Source of the DNA: a virus
Virus record (IMG/VR): IMGVR_UViG_3300047546_001659
Span: 54,012 to 118,011 of that record
Direction: 5' to 3' (one strand)
Length of the DNA stretch: 64,000 nucleotides
Shown: positions 1 to 10,799 of the stretch, in pieces
Layout of the letters: each line of letters starts with the position of its first letter
How positions within the stretch are numbered: position 1 is the first letter of the stretch
The notes under the pieces: generated by a model
Database searches by the model: none
What the model was told of the DNA's origin: nothing
The model's input: only the letters and a program-made list of their open reading frames with translations
Position numbers and translations under genes: made by a program

Positions 1-881
1 TCTTTAACAAAATCTTGACTAATTTGTGCCATGCAACAGTATTGACTTACTAATTTTTTATCAAAGAAAGGATATAGTATTGATCCTGGTCTTAAGAATC
101 TTCCTATAATACCAATCTTTCTTCCTTTCATATAAGGAAGCATTGAAACATCCCTTACCACATTACCCATATCTTGATAAGTAGTTTGTGATGTTACTTT
201 AATATCAGTAATAGTTTGTTTAACATCCATGGCCCAGTAATTGGTTTGACCACTCTCACCTGTTTGTTTAGGTGCACTATAGGTGGTATCAATATCCTTG
301 AAAGCACCATTAGCAGCAGCATCCTGCCAATTTTTAGCTTGGTCAATTGTAATCGTTTGAGGTGCTTGTTGAGTGGTTACATTGGTACCATCATAGTTTG
401 GATAACAGTGTAAGGCACCCTTGTAATTGTAAAATGTTTCTGCACAATTTCTATACATAGTCGCATAGGGGTTGCCGCCAAGTTTGATGCTGTTGTAGTT
501 CAACATCATTAGACGACCACGCCATCCAACAGCAGTAGTATTAGTTTCATCAACTATTAAATCATTATATACTTCACCGAAATTAGGTCTAGCAATTGAT
601 TTAGAAGAACTAATAGCCATGTTAAATTCAGGATCATTAGTTCTTCCAATTGTACCGTCATTAAATGGATCTGCAAAGATACCATTTTTAAATCTTTCCA
701 AACCACTTCCATCAGCTCTAGGAAGAGAAAGAGTCTTTGTATCCAATGCTAAGGCATTCAAGACAGAATAGTATTCAAGGGCTTTAATTCTTTGCTCAAG
801 AGCAAAGATTTCTTTCATTGTATAGCCCTTAGTTGTTTGGATGTTTACTCTAACAGCAAGATCTTGTCTTTTGTAACCCAT
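1..881 (-). CDS. VrlC/DUF4815-like virion structural protein, C-terminal part (runs off window start; absent from ORF track)
   Basis: Manual translation from ATG at 881: MGYKRQDLAVRVNIQTTKGYTMKEIFALEQRIKALEYYSVLNALALDTK...GLERFKNGIFADPF, matching the YTMxxIxxLExRIxxLEYY..RFKxGxFxDxF motif of T4-like VrlC proteins. Confidence 0.75.
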   Translation of the reverse strand, partial: MGYKRQDLAVRVNIQTTKGYTMKEIFALEQRIKALEYYSVLNALALDTKTLSLPRADGSGLERFKNGIFADPFNDGTIGRTNDPEFNMAISSSKSIARPNFGEVYNDLIVDETNTTAVGWRGRLMMLNYNSIKLGGNPYATMYRNCAETFYNYKGALHCYPNYDGTNVTTQQAPQTITIDQAKNWQDAAANGAFKDIDTTYSAPKQTGESGQTNYWAMDVKQTITDIKVTSQTTYQDMGNVVRDVSMLPYMKGRKIGIIGRFLRPGSILYPFFDKKLVSQYCCMAQISQDFVK

Positions 882-883
882 AA

Positions 884-3800
884 TTATTCTGCTTCCGAAA
901 ATGTTAAGGATGGATATGGTGTAACATACACATCTGCAATTTTTAATCCCGTATCATTTACAATAGGTGGTTTTGAATTATAAGAAGGTGCACTTGATTT
1001 GACACTTAATAGACCATCTTTATTTATTATAAGGGTATCAACTCGTGGCAGATAATATTCAATGTTATAAGTCATGTTAGTATCTGGTTCAATGGCCATT
1101 TTAACACTTGGTGAAGAATAATATACTAATGATGTGTTGGCTGGATTGATTGTATAATTTGGAAAAACTGCAGATACAGAACTAACAGCTGTATTTTTCA
1201 TTACAGGTCTAAAATCAATGTGATTTCTAAGATCATAAAGATTACCAGAGATATCTTTGTAAACTGGAATCTGTGCAGTAACAACAGCTGTTGTATTTGC
1301 AGTATTAGCATCATCAATTGAGTAGGAATCTACAGAGAAGAATGTTGCCTTTGTTGAGGTAACATTAGGTGTAAAATGATCTAGTCTTACAAATATTCTT
1401 GATGTAGAAGAGATAGCATTTTTAAATTGCGGAAGAATGGAGATGTAACTTAAACCATAGAAATTATCTCTTTGTCCATTATCAAAACTAAACCAATCTT
1501 TTCTATCAGGATTGGTATTAGCAAAATTAGCACCAACATATATTGCTTTAATATTATATACATCAGGAATACCAAGAGACCACGGACCACTTGTTGATGC
1601 TGGATGACTTGCGCAATTAATAGCTACATAAGCATCTTTTGTAACAACTTTTTCTATAGGTGTTGCTTGATTTCTTACTAAAGGAACTTGTGCTCTTATT
1701 TGATATGTTTGACTTGTATCTAAATCAAGAGCAACAGTGATACCCATTTGATTTACTTTAGGAGGTGAACCAGATGTTGAGAATGAAATAACATTACCAC
1801 CACCATTGAAATCAACGTGTGTGCCTACCTTAAAAAATCTTTGTAGAGTAATAGAACTTGCATCAGCTACACCTGATAGAGGTGGTGTAATTGAAATACT
1901 ATTAGCAGAATTGATAGCTGTGATTGTATGATAAGAAACTGTAGGAACAGTTGCAACTTTATAGGAAGCTTTAATACCATCACCTACCTTAGGGAAAATA
2001 CCGGAAGTTGTTGGCGTGGTAATAGGATATGATAATGAACCCCAGTTATTGATAAAGCTACCAGTTGCAGCAGTAACAGCAGCACAAGTAACGTTACTGT
2101 GAGTAGCGTTAGAGACACCGCCCTGTGAACCCAAACTTATAGTAGTTGTTGAATAACAGTTGGCTAATGTATCTTGTGCAAATTGTACATGTATATCAGT
2201 AGAAAGACTATCATCAAGCCCTGCAGTAGCACCATAATTAAATTCGTCTGTTCCCGATGTAAATGATGCTGTAAAAGATCCTGATCCACGAGTTGCATTT
2301 ACTGCATCTAATGTTGTTCTATAGATGTAGGAGGTATTGTTAGCACCAGTTGAACTTAATAATCTTTTAGTTCCATCTAGACCAGTATAGAACAATAATG
2401 ATTTTTGTGTTGTATCACTTTGATATAGTTGATTAAATGATCCAGTAGTTGTTCTTGTTTCTGGAACAATATCACCAAAGATTTTTGTAAATGTACCACT
2501 TACTTTACCGATACTTTTTACGTTTGCCTGAAAACTATTTCCTGGTACTAAATTGATATTAGTAACATAAACAAGATATTGAGCTTGTGCGGTTCCTTTA
2601 ATACCTGAATAATATTTTACAGCACGGATGGTTGCATTACCAACAATTGTTCCTGTTGGATTTACACCACCTGCAAAGTTTTTAGTAAGTGAGTATTGAT
2701 TGGCGCTATAAAGATCAACTGATTCTATTCCTCCAACATCAACTATACCGGAGAAATCCGCAACCTTCATATAGTTACCGAAATTTACTGTTACTCTTTC
2801 ATTAAGTGATGAATTAGAATCAATACCTCTTCTTACTTCAATTCTTCTTGGTGATCTAAATTCAACTCTGTAACCATCAACATAAGCAACACCTGGTGAA
2901 ACAGTATAATACATTGTTTGTGTATTAGAAGTAGGTTCAACATTTACTTGAAATGGTTTTACAACATAATCACCAGATTCTTCTTTGGTTCTTTTTGCCA
3001 TAACATCCCCAATAATTGAATAAAGAGGATCTTCTTGAATAGTTACAGCAGTACCTGTCCCACCACTGAAATCTACTACAGGTACAAAATCTTTAGGTAT
3101 AATAACATCTGTATTAGTAGTATCATAAGCAATAAGATCAGGAACTAGTTTAAGTCTGTAAGCACCAGGAGCGTTATAATTAGGACTTCCTAATGAGTTA
3201 TCATACAAAGATGGATCTTCGTGAGGTGTTACAATATATTCTTTTGTATTGAACCCAACTTTAATACCTACAGCATTAGTACTGTGTTCTTTAATCATGA
3301 AATTTTTTGGATTTGATTTAAGGAAGAATCCTTTTTGATAAATTATACCTTGGCCAACGTGAAGACCAAATCCAGTACCTAAAGCATTTACTGTATTATT
3401 ACTTGGAAGTGTATAGATATCTCCAACATAATAATTAGGATTCAACGCACCTGTTTTGTCTTGCAGAGGTGAATATACATTTATCTTTTCACCTGCTGTA
3501 CTAAATGTATAAACAGGAGTACCAGTACCAGTCAATGATCCGCCACTTGAAGCGTCTGAACGACCTGTATTAATATAAATTACATAGGCTCTATTAGTAT
3601 CATTACTACCACGATTTACAGCAGCTTCTGCACCACTAAATGCCTCAAAAATTGCAGCTCTTAAAAGTGTATTATTTGAAACCAGAAGATAAGAATCTGA
3701 CATATGTGACTGGACATTGGCAACATCAGTTACTTCTCTAGTTAACAATTTAAAATCTAAAGTTGCAGTGTTACTATCTTTAAATTTAACTTGTGGCAAT

Positions 3801-4021
3801 GCGGGATATTGAGTAAAATTGCAACCTTCAACCACAGAACCATCTTTGTAAATACTAGAACCAAATCTTGAGATTTGTTTCTGCATCATTGTTTGAAGCT
3901 GAGTTAATTCTCTCGCTTGCACGGCAGTTGATGGGCGGAACAAAACGCGATAATACATTTTGTCTTCATCATAATCATCATAAAAAGGTGCAACATTAAA
4001 ATTCGTTTGTAACTCAGCCAT
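884..4021 (-). CDS. VrlC/DUF4815-like baseplate/virion structural protein, N-terminal part
   Basis: N-terminus NVAPFYDDYDEDKMYYRVLFRPSTAVQARELTQLQT, plus APGAYRLK and RTKEESGDY motifs. Confidence 0.8.
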   Translation of the reverse strand: MAELQTNFNVAPFYDDYDEDKMYYRVLFRPSTAVQARELTQLQTMMQKQISRFGSSIYKDGSVVEGCNFTQYPALPQVKFKDSNTATLDFKLLTREVTDVANVQSHMSDSYLLVSNNTLLRAAIFEAFSGAEAAVNRGSNDTNRAYVIYINTGRSDASSGGSLTGTGTPVYTFSTAGEKINVYSPLQDKTGALNPNYYVGDIYTLPSNNTVNALGTGFGLHVGQGIIYQKGFFLKSNPKNFMIKEHSTNAVGIKVGFNTKEYIVTPHEDPSLYDNSLGSPNYNAPGAYRLKLVPDLIAYDTTNTDVIIPKDFVPVVDFSGGTGTAVTIQEDPLYSIIGDVMAKRTKEESGDYVVKPFQVNVEPTSNTQTMYYTVSPGVAYVDGYRVEFRSPRRIEVRRGIDSNSSLNERVTVNFGNYMKVADFSGIVDVGGIESVDLYSANQYSLTKNFAGGVNPTGTIVGNATIRAVKYYSGIKGTAQAQYLVYVTNINLVPGNSFQANVKSIGKVSGTFTKIFGDIVPETRTTTGSFNQLYQSDTTQKSLLFYTGLDGTKRLLSSTGANNTSYIYRTTLDAVNATRGSGSFTASFTSGTDEFNYGATAGLDDSLSTDIHVQFAQDTLANCYSTTTISLGSQGGVSNATHSNVTCAAVTAATGSFINNWGSLSYPITTPTTSGIFPKVGDGIKASYKVATVPTVSYHTITAINSANSISITPPLSGVADASSITLQRFFKVGTHVDFNGGGNVISFSTSGSPPKVNQMGITVALDLDTSQTYQIRAQVPLVRNQATPIEKVVTKDAYVAINCASHPASTSGPWSLGIPDVYNIKAIYVGANFANTNPDRKDWFSFDNGQRDNFYGLSYISILPQFKNAISSTSRIFVRLDHFTPNVTSTKATFFSVDSYSIDDANTANTTAVVTAQIPVYKDISGNLYDLRNHIDFRPVMKNTAVSSVSAVFPNYTINPANTSLVYYSSPSVKMAIEPDTNMTYNIEYYLPRVDTLIINKDGLLSVKSSAPSYNSKPPIVNDTGLKIADVYVTPYPSLTFSEAE

Positions 4022-4030
4022 TTCTATTCC

Positions 4031-5527
4031 TTAGAATTTAAAATATATTTTAACATCTTCAGATTTAATACCTGTTCTACTGATAGGTTCAATATTTTTA
4101 TAATATAAAACCTCAGATGAATAAGGAACAAGATCTTTATTATTTATTGTTGAAATAACAACTGTTTTTCCTGACGATAATGAAGTAATTGTTTCATAAG
4201 GATTGAAAGTGCCCACTTCATTAAGGACATATATGCTTGAAGTATTCATGAAAGCAACAGTAGCTTTAGCTTTACTATTAAATCCCTGTATTTCTTCACC
4301 AACAGAAAGAAGAGACGGTGCAGTTAAGACACCAAAATTTAACATTTGATTAAATGTTCTTCCCTGAAAGTTAGCAAGATTAGCAGCGGCTGTTGGATTC
4401 TGAATAAGTGAAACTTGTCTATATTTACCCCAAGGTGGTAAATTATCAAATGAAGAAGTTGAAACTGAAAGACCAACAGTATCACCACCTAGTTCAGAAG
4501 TGGGATTAGATCCGTGTCCTTCCTCGGGAGAAATTATAGCATAAGCTGTTGCATTAGATCCAAAATATGTATTACATTCAATTGAAATATTTGCGTAAGT
4601 ATAATTTCTACCTCTAGCTATTACACGAATAGAAGAAATATTACCATTAGCATTTACTTCTGAAATAGCCTTAGCACCTGAACCATCACCTGTAATATAA
4701 ACTTGTGGACCAATTTTAAATTTAGAAGTGCTGCTTAATCCTGTTATGGATTTATCTGTAAACACATATTTTCCAGAACTATTAACAATATAATCCTTGA
4801 TAAGTGTTAATGCACCTGACCCTGAACCAGCTGAAATATAAAAATAAGAATTAGTATAAGCCCCACTAATTGAGATAACACCTGAATTTGATACTTTAAA
4901 TTTTTTATCACTTATTATACTATCAAATGTACCGTTTCCAGAAATATAGTTGTTACCTGAATTGCTAGGTAGAATGACATGAAGTGCACCGGGCTCTGCC
5001 GTTGCAACAACTGTTGGATTGGGAATTATAGGAAAATATACATCAGTGGAAAATTTCTTTACATTTTTATTATTAATGGCAAACATAAATTTCCATTTGT
5101 ATCCATCGGAGGTATTGAAATCCCCTTTTGACACAGTCAAATTTGGCTCTACAGTTGATGGAGCACCATAATTATTAAACAAACATTTATAAACACGATT
5201 TAAACTATTAATAACATAAAAGTTTTTACTATAAAGATTAGGATCATTATGAGTATAATAATCATAAACGGTTCCTGAAGTCCAATTAATTTTCTTTCCA
5301 ACACACACAATATCATCTGGTGTTACTTTTTTACCAAAAATCATTTCTTTATTAACATCAATAAATGATGTCTGTACAGAAGTGTTTGGTAATGGAGGAA
5401 TTGAATCATCATCCCATTCAAAATATTTGCCAAAAGCAATATAAAAATTAGAAGCAGTATTGCCGACACTTTCTTTAAATGCCTCGACAAATTTATTTTT
5501 AATGTTTTGTGTAAAGGTGCCTGCCAT
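4031..5527 (-). CDS. gp8: baseplate wedge protein gp8-like
   Basis: NWTSGTVYDYY, FYVINSLNRVYKCLFNNYGAPSTVEP, DGYKWKFMF motifs; synteny. Confidence 0.85.
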   Translation of the reverse strand: MAGTFTQNIKNKFVEAFKESVGNTASNFYIAFGKYFEWDDDSIPPLPNTSVQTSFIDVNKEMIFGKKVTPDDIVCVGKKINWTSGTVYDYYTHNDPNLYSKNFYVINSLNRVYKCLFNNYGAPSTVEPNLTVSKGDFNTSDGYKWKFMFAINNKNVKKFSTDVYFPIIPNPTVVATAEPGALHVILPSNSGNNYISGNGTFDSIISDKKFKVSNSGVISISGAYTNSYFYISAGSGSGALTLIKDYIVNSSGKYVFTDKSITGLSSTSKFKIGPQVYITGDGSGAKAISEVNANGNISSIRVIARGRNYTYANISIECNTYFGSNATAYAIISPEEGHGSNPTSELGGDTVGLSVSTSSFDNLPPWGKYRQVSLIQNPTAAANLANFQGRTFNQMLNFGVLTAPSLLSVGEEIQGFNSKAKATVAFMNTSSIYVLNEVGTFNPYETITSLSSGKTVVISTINNKDLVPYSSEVLYYKNIEPISRTGIKSEDVKIYFKF

Positions 5528-5540
5528 AATATCAGCCGTA

Positions 5541-7130
5541 TTAAGTGGTTGTTACTGAATCATAAACTAATTCTGTATTTAAATTTTTACTATCTAAAAT
5601 TGTCGGATGACCAAATACTTTATTACCTACTGGGTGGTAAACTTGTTTAAGAACATCAATATATTTATCCAAGGATTTTTCAACCTGAATTTCATATGAA
5701 AATTCTTGGTAATAATCACTATCTTGAATATATTTGTCGGCGTTTAAGAAACCACTAGTATCAGTCCATTCACCTTCCGATTTACCTATAGCACCAGATA
5801 TAATAGTCAACTCTGCAGAACATTCAGAATTAGCAGTATTATAAAATTCTAATGTCTCATCATCATTAAATCCAAAGCCTGATGATATTAATTCTACAGT
5901 TTCTATTACACCGTTACCAGTTGTAGGTACACCGTGTATAATACTATCATTGCCCCAGAATTTGCCCTTAGGATCTTTTATTCCATATCCCTTAACTTTG
6001 TAATCTATAACTTCAACTGTAACATCACCATCATAACGATGATCACCTGAGCTTATAGACCCTAGAGAAGCAATAGTACCTACTTGAACAATACTATCAG
6101 TTAATGCGTTACCGATTACGGATCCAACTGAAGCCATTTTTAAATTTGATCCATACGAGGCAGCACTAATTAATGTATTCATTTCTGGATCAAGTAAATT
6201 TGTATTATATGTAAAATTGACCGTATTAGAAATAGATTTAACTTTGAATACTGCTCCGGAACCCTTTGTATTAGCACCTTGTGTAATCAATATAGTAGAA
6301 TTGGTTGAATAACCATACCCACCGTCTCTCAATATAAATCTTAAATAACCTCTTAACTTATCACTATCAGTTAAAGTGCTTACATCATATATTAGACCTT
6401 CACCAGATGTACTAGTGGTTTGCAAAGGATCACCTGGTGTATTATTTTCAGATGATGTAAATACAGTTGCACCTATTGCAGATCCTTTTACTTTAGAAGC
6501 TTCTAAAATATTAATTCCATCAGTAAGAAGATATTCACCTTTAACAAATAATGAACCAGAAGGACCTGGAACTAAATCTTTTACATAAAGAACATGGGCT
6601 ACTTGAAGACCTGTATAAATTTGTACTGAGGAAGAGACAAAGGCAACTGCACCTGACGTAGTACCCTTTATATATTTTTTATGATAAAGGTGATTGATAT
6701 CTGTTTCTTCAATTTCAATATATTGATTAGATTGCCATGTACCATCAGAGGTTCTTAACATATCCTCTTGAGGAACAAATAAAAGTATTTCTAGATCGTA
6801 TAATAATCTAAAAAGTAATTTGAGACCTTCGACAGATCCTTTTGATCTATAAACATCTAATATATGTTTTTCTAAAAGGGCTTTATCTGATAATACTTTT
6901 CTTGGTATACCAAACATAAACTTTGAAAGGTAGTTATCAATATATTCCGTTGATACTTCATCAACATCCGAATATTCAAGTAATCTTCTTGATTTGAATA
7001 TAGGACCACCTTCATCCATCCATTCATAATAAGCTTTGACAAAAGTGACAAAATCATCACCCTCTTCCCTATAAAATTCAGGAAATTGTCTGCTAACCAA
7101 TGATGATATTTTTTTAAGTTCAGCTTCCAT
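5541..7130 (-). CDS. gp7: baseplate wedge initiator gp7-like
   Basis: QFPEFYREE..FVKAYYEW, YRSKGS..LFRLLY, C-terminal IQDSDYYQEFSY..HPVG. Confidence 0.7.
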   Translation of the reverse strand: MEAELKKISSLVSRQFPEFYREEGDDFVTFVKAYYEWMDEGGPIFKSRRLLEYSDVDEVSTEYIDNYLSKFMFGIPRKVLSDKALLEKHILDVYRSKGSVEGLKLLFRLLYDLEILLFVPQEDMLRTSDGTWQSNQYIEIEETDINHLYHKKYIKGTTSGAVAFVSSSVQIYTGLQVAHVLYVKDLVPGPSGSLFVKGEYLLTDGINILEASKVKGSAIGATVFTSSENNTPGDPLQTTSTSGEGLIYDVSTLTDSDKLRGYLRFILRDGGYGYSTNSTILITQGANTKGSGAVFKVKSISNTVNFTYNTNLLDPEMNTLISAASYGSNLKMASVGSVIGNALTDSIVQVGTIASLGSISSGDHRYDGDVTVEVIDYKVKGYGIKDPKGKFWGNDSIIHGVPTTGNGVIETVELISSGFGFNDDETLEFYNTANSECSAELTIISGAIGKSEGEWTDTSGFLNADKYIQDSDYYQEFSYEIQVEKSLDKYIDVLKQVYHPVGNKVFGHPTILDSKNLNTELVYDSVTTT

Positions 7131-8923
7131 TATTGTCTTACAACGTTAATTGAAATGAGTAGTTTGGAAAAATCAATTTTAAGATATTTACTTTCTTGAA
7201 CAACAATATCATCATTTAAAGTAATAGCATAAAAATCAATATAGTTAATATAATCTTGTACGGTAATATCTAAAACTACAGCACCTGTATCATAATTAAC
7301 AGTTCCTATATTTTCATTTAAAATGATTTGTTTAGAATCAGGTGTGAGGTAATATAGTCTTAAAAGACCTTCACCATTATCTGAAATGCGGGCATTGTAA
7401 GATACATTATCTTTAAGGTAAGTAAAGAAATCAGATCTTACTGTTTCTTCTTCACCTTCTATATAAGGTTTTTTAAATGGTCTATATAGAGGATTTGAGA
7501 AGGAAAAAGATAATCTTTGTGAAATTCCTTTTGGAGGTGCGGTTCTGTATATTGCTCTTAAGTATGTTTGATTACTAATGATTGCTGGATCTGCTTCATC
7601 AATCATTGATGATAATCTTGATTTTCTTAAATCGTTACCAAAATCTGTAAGATAAAGATCGCTATATTCTTGAATTTTTGAAATAACTTCTGTTTTTAAT
7701 TGTTGTAAACTTTTTGAAGTGAGAGTAGGATCATATCTAACATCTGATACTACTTCAACATAGAGATATTCAGGATCTATAATAACAGGTTCTGTGGTAA
7801 TACTTTTTGTTTTTAAATAAGTAATAATATTTGTTTTTAACTCTGAAGCTACAATTGGATTGCTTCCGTAAGGAATCATACTAATAATAACCTTACCATA
7901 TTGTGGAGGATCTGCAAGTTCACCCCCATAAACATTTACTGTTTTGATTTGTGGATAACTTTCAATAATTATATTTTTATAATCATCTTTGGTCACAGCA
8001 CGATTTTGAGATGCAAAGTGTCGAGGAGCGTTATACTTAATTGATTCAATAGTTTCTCTTTCAGATCCATCAGCAGCAGGTGTATTTGTTGAAACTGCTA
8101 CCGAATATAATCCATTTTCTACTTTTGTAGTAGGTGTAAAAGTATAAGCCTTGTTACCTAATTCACCGTTGGTTGATCTATATTTGATATTTACAATGTT
8201 TCCATTTGTTAATTTTTTGCCCAATATTCCATCACCGAATATGATTTCATATTGATTTGCACCATATCCTTGAATAAAATAAATTTCAGAATTAGAATCT
8301 AAACCGTACAGATTTTCAGCGTAAGTGTAAACAGAATTTGAGGAATCTGTGGTCGATTTAACAACAGTTACCTTTATACTATTGGTGTCAACATTCTCTG
8401 AATTAATAATGTATCTTACACCATCAGCCACATTAAAAAACTCATTTACGATTTTGCCTTCATAAATGTAAACAGGATCACTTGTATATGAAACACCATT
8501 ATATGTTAAAACAAGTGTTTCATCAGTAGTAAAATCTAAATTGGTATTATCAACAACTGCCCTTGTTGTATAATTTTCAGGTATGGTAACTGTTGGAGGA
8601 GTATCTTGTCCTGTATTAACAGTAAAAGAAACAAGAGCTCTGGCAGATGTTCTAGATCTCGGTAAGTAATTTAATTCTTTAGCATGTGAAACAACTGAAT
8701 TTTTAATTTGAGCTGAATCTAAAAACATTTCACTTCCTATCATATTAAGATAGTAAGCATTCATATAGGAATTATATGAAAGAAGATCAATCAAAGCATT
8801 AAGATTTGATCCTTCAAAATCATAGTCTTTAAATTCAGTTTTACTCTTCAAAAAAGTTTTTAGGTTTTGTTTAATACCATCAAAACTTAATTCGGATACA
8901 CTTAAGAATCCTGTGTTTGCCAT
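7130..8923 (-). CDS. gp6: baseplate wedge protein gp6
   Basis: FKDYDFEGSNL..LSYN, EMFLDSAQ, QNRAVTKDDY, PPQYGKV. Confidence 0.9.
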   Translation of the reverse strand: MANTGFLSVSELSFDGIKQNLKTFLKSKTEFKDYDFEGSNLNALIDLLSYNSYMNAYYLNMIGSEMFLDSAQIKNSVVSHAKELNYLPRSRTSARALVSFTVNTGQDTPPTVTIPENYTTRAVVDNTNLDFTTDETLVLTYNGVSYTSDPVYIYEGKIVNEFFNVADGVRYIINSENVDTNSIKVTVVKSTTDSSNSVYTYAENLYGLDSNSEIYFIQGYGANQYEIIFGDGILGKKLTNGNIVNIKYRSTNGELGNKAYTFTPTTKVENGLYSVAVSTNTPAADGSERETIESIKYNAPRHFASQNRAVTKDDYKNIIIESYPQIKTVNVYGGELADPPQYGKVIISMIPYGSNPIVASELKTNIITYLKTKSITTEPVIIDPEYLYVEVVSDVRYDPTLTSKSLQQLKTEVISKIQEYSDLYLTDFGNDLRKSRLSSMIDEADPAIISNQTYLRAIYRTAPPKGISQRLSFSFSNPLYRPFKKPYIEGEEETVRSDFFTYLKDNVSYNARISDNGEGLLRLYYLTPDSKQIILNENIGTVNYDTGAVVLDITVQDYINYIDFYAITLNDDIVVQESKYLKIDFSKLLISINVVRQ

Positions 8924-9312
8924 TATCTTACTCTTCTAAGAATTAAATCTAAAGTTATCGGAACAGTATTATTTGTTAAATAAAATACTATTGTGGCATA
9001 ATAAGCATTTTCATCGGGAAGAGCTTTAACATTTACAGAATAAAGACTAGCTCTTGGTTCATAATTTCTAATAGTTTCTGATATTTTTTCTTTTATGATA
9101 TATTCAGTATCTCTACTAATATTTTCAAATAATGTGTTTCTAATACCCGCACCCAAATTAGGATTAAAAAATCTTTCGCCTGGGTTTGTTAAAAGAAGAT
9201 TGCGAATGGATCTTTTTACTGACTGCTCATTAGTAAGCAGCACCAGATCTCCCTTGATCGGATGTACATCAAAATTAGTAGGTATATCTGAATAAAATAC
9301 AGTTGTTGTCAT
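8923..9312 (-). CDS. gp25: baseplate wedge subunit gp25
   Basis: VKRSIRNLLLTNPGERFFNPNLG..LFE..YEPR. Confidence 0.9.
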   Translation of the reverse strand: MTTTVFYSDIPTNFDVHPIKGDLVLLTNEQSVKRSIRNLLLTNPGERFFNPNLGAGIRNTLFENISRDTEYIIKEKISETIRNYEPRASLYSVNVKALPDENAYYATIVFYLTNNTVPITLDLILRRVR

Positions 9313-9317
9313 TTAAA

Positions 9318-9325
9318 TATTTATA
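9318..9325 (-). promoter_or_regulatory. T4-type late promoter TATAAATA
   Basis: Exact TATAAATA on minus strand just upstream of gp25. Confidence 0.7.
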
Positions 9326-10799
9326 ATGATGTCTGACATGCGCGTAGATACTGTGGATTGTATTTTTGAATGTCGTTTGCTGTTGATGCAGCTAGTTGCC
9401 AGCCTTGCATTATAGGTTTTGATCCAAGAGGAGAGAAATTTTCGCCCATCATAGTAGCATTCATTCCTAACATAAAGGGGATAGCATTATCAGATCTTCT
9501 CATTTCTATTGTTGAAGTAACAGGAACATTTAAATTACTACAAAGATTAGTAGCCATTTGAGATACTTGTTGACCGTAATAAGTAGAAGATGGAGGCATT
9601 TCTGGTGAACCCGTAATCATTCTTGATACCATGGATGTAATAGGGATTGAACCACCCATCGAAGCAAAGTTTTGCATACCAAAACTTACCACCCCAGTAC
9701 CACCTTGATTTGTACCAAATGCACCAACTCTTCTACAAAATACTTGATCAATGGCAGGCAGAGAAACAGGAGCTTCACCAAAGAAACTTTTACCAGCATA
9801 TGAAGGTGGGGTAAGCATTGGGTTATTTGCTCTGGTTGATGTAGCTATTCTATTGCCCGTAATAACTTCTGACATCATACCGCCAATAGCAAGTCCTCCT
9901 CCCTTACCTAATAATGATGCCATGGCAATACCACCAAGAGAACCAAGTGATGCTAATGATCCACCAAGTGGTGTTTGATTAAGAAGACTTGCAATTGCTG
10001 AGGCTCCGGCAAGTGTTGCCAATCCTTGAGTTGCAACTGCAGGATTAGTTACAGATGCAAGTTGTACTGCACTTAATGTTCCTGCAGCTAATCCTGCATA
10101 AGTGTTAACAGCATTTGTAATAGATGATTGTGAAAGATCGGAAGAAGCTCTTAGATAATTAGTACCAGGATTTTGATTATTATTAAAAGCTGTTCCTATG
10201 ATAGATGAACCAATTACACCCAATGATATACCGAGAGCTGCTGCAGATAAAGTATCACCTGAACTACTTCTTGAAGGATCATCATATTGGCGCATTGATT
10301 CATATTGATTAGAATATCTTTGATCAACAGAATATACAGCTTGACTCAAATAACCAATATTAGAAATAGAATGAATTTGTACTACACCTAAAATATTACG
10401 GATGTATCTTTGATTTGCTAATTCAGGAATGTTTACAGTATTTGCAATATATGTTAGCTGTTCTATATTAGAAACAGAGGCTAATATATAAAAAAATTTT
10501 TCTAAGGCATCATAAGGAATGACACCATAAGATGACAATTCTTTTGATTTGGATTCTATAGCTTCAATTTCTTTTTCAGTAAGTTTATAATTCTTATCAG
10601 TTCTTACATAGTCCGCTGGTGCTGGTCCATATGATTTTAAAATAGAAGCCGGACCTGCCATAGCAGCACCTATAGCAACAGCGTTATTAAATTGTTCATT
10701 AGAAGGTTTTAATTCTTGACTACCATAAAACCCTGGTTGTTGAATTACACCTCTTTGAATTAAAGCAGTAATATCTGGGGAAATATTGTAATTAGGCAA
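9321..10799 (-). CDS. virion/hub-associated protein with Gly/Ala-rich hydrophobic middle; C-terminus possibly a degenerate lysozyme-like domain
   Basis: Long ORF in baseplate operon; RANNP motif and helical C-terminal pattern. Confidence 0.45.
   Translation of the reverse strand: MPNYNISPDITALIQRGVIQQPGFYGSQELKPSNEQFNNAVAIGAAMAGPASILKSYGPAPADYVRTDKNYKLTEKEIEAIESKSKELSSYGVIPYDALEKFFYILASVSNIEQLTYIANTVNIPELANQRYIRNILGVVQIHSISNIGYLSQAVYSVDQRYSNQYESMRQYDDPSRSSSGDTLSAAALGISLGVIGSSIIGTAFNNNQNPGTNYLRASSDLSQSSITNAVNTYAGLAAGTLSAVQLASVTNPAVATQGLATLAGASAIASLLNQTPLGGSLASLGSLGGIAMASLLGKGGGLAIGGMMSEVITGNRIATSTRANNPMLTPPSYAGKSFFGEAPVSLPAIDQVFCRRVGAFGTNQGGTGVVSFGMQNFASMGGSIPITSMVSRMITGSPEMPPSSTYYGQQVSQMATNLCSNLNVPVTSTIEMRRSDNAIPFMLGMNATMMGENFSPLGSKPIMQGWQLAASTANDIQKYNPQYLRACQTSL

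Noticed and set aside
216-983. Plus-strand ORFs 216-413 and 792-983
   Set aside because: Antisense shadows of the VrlC-like genes
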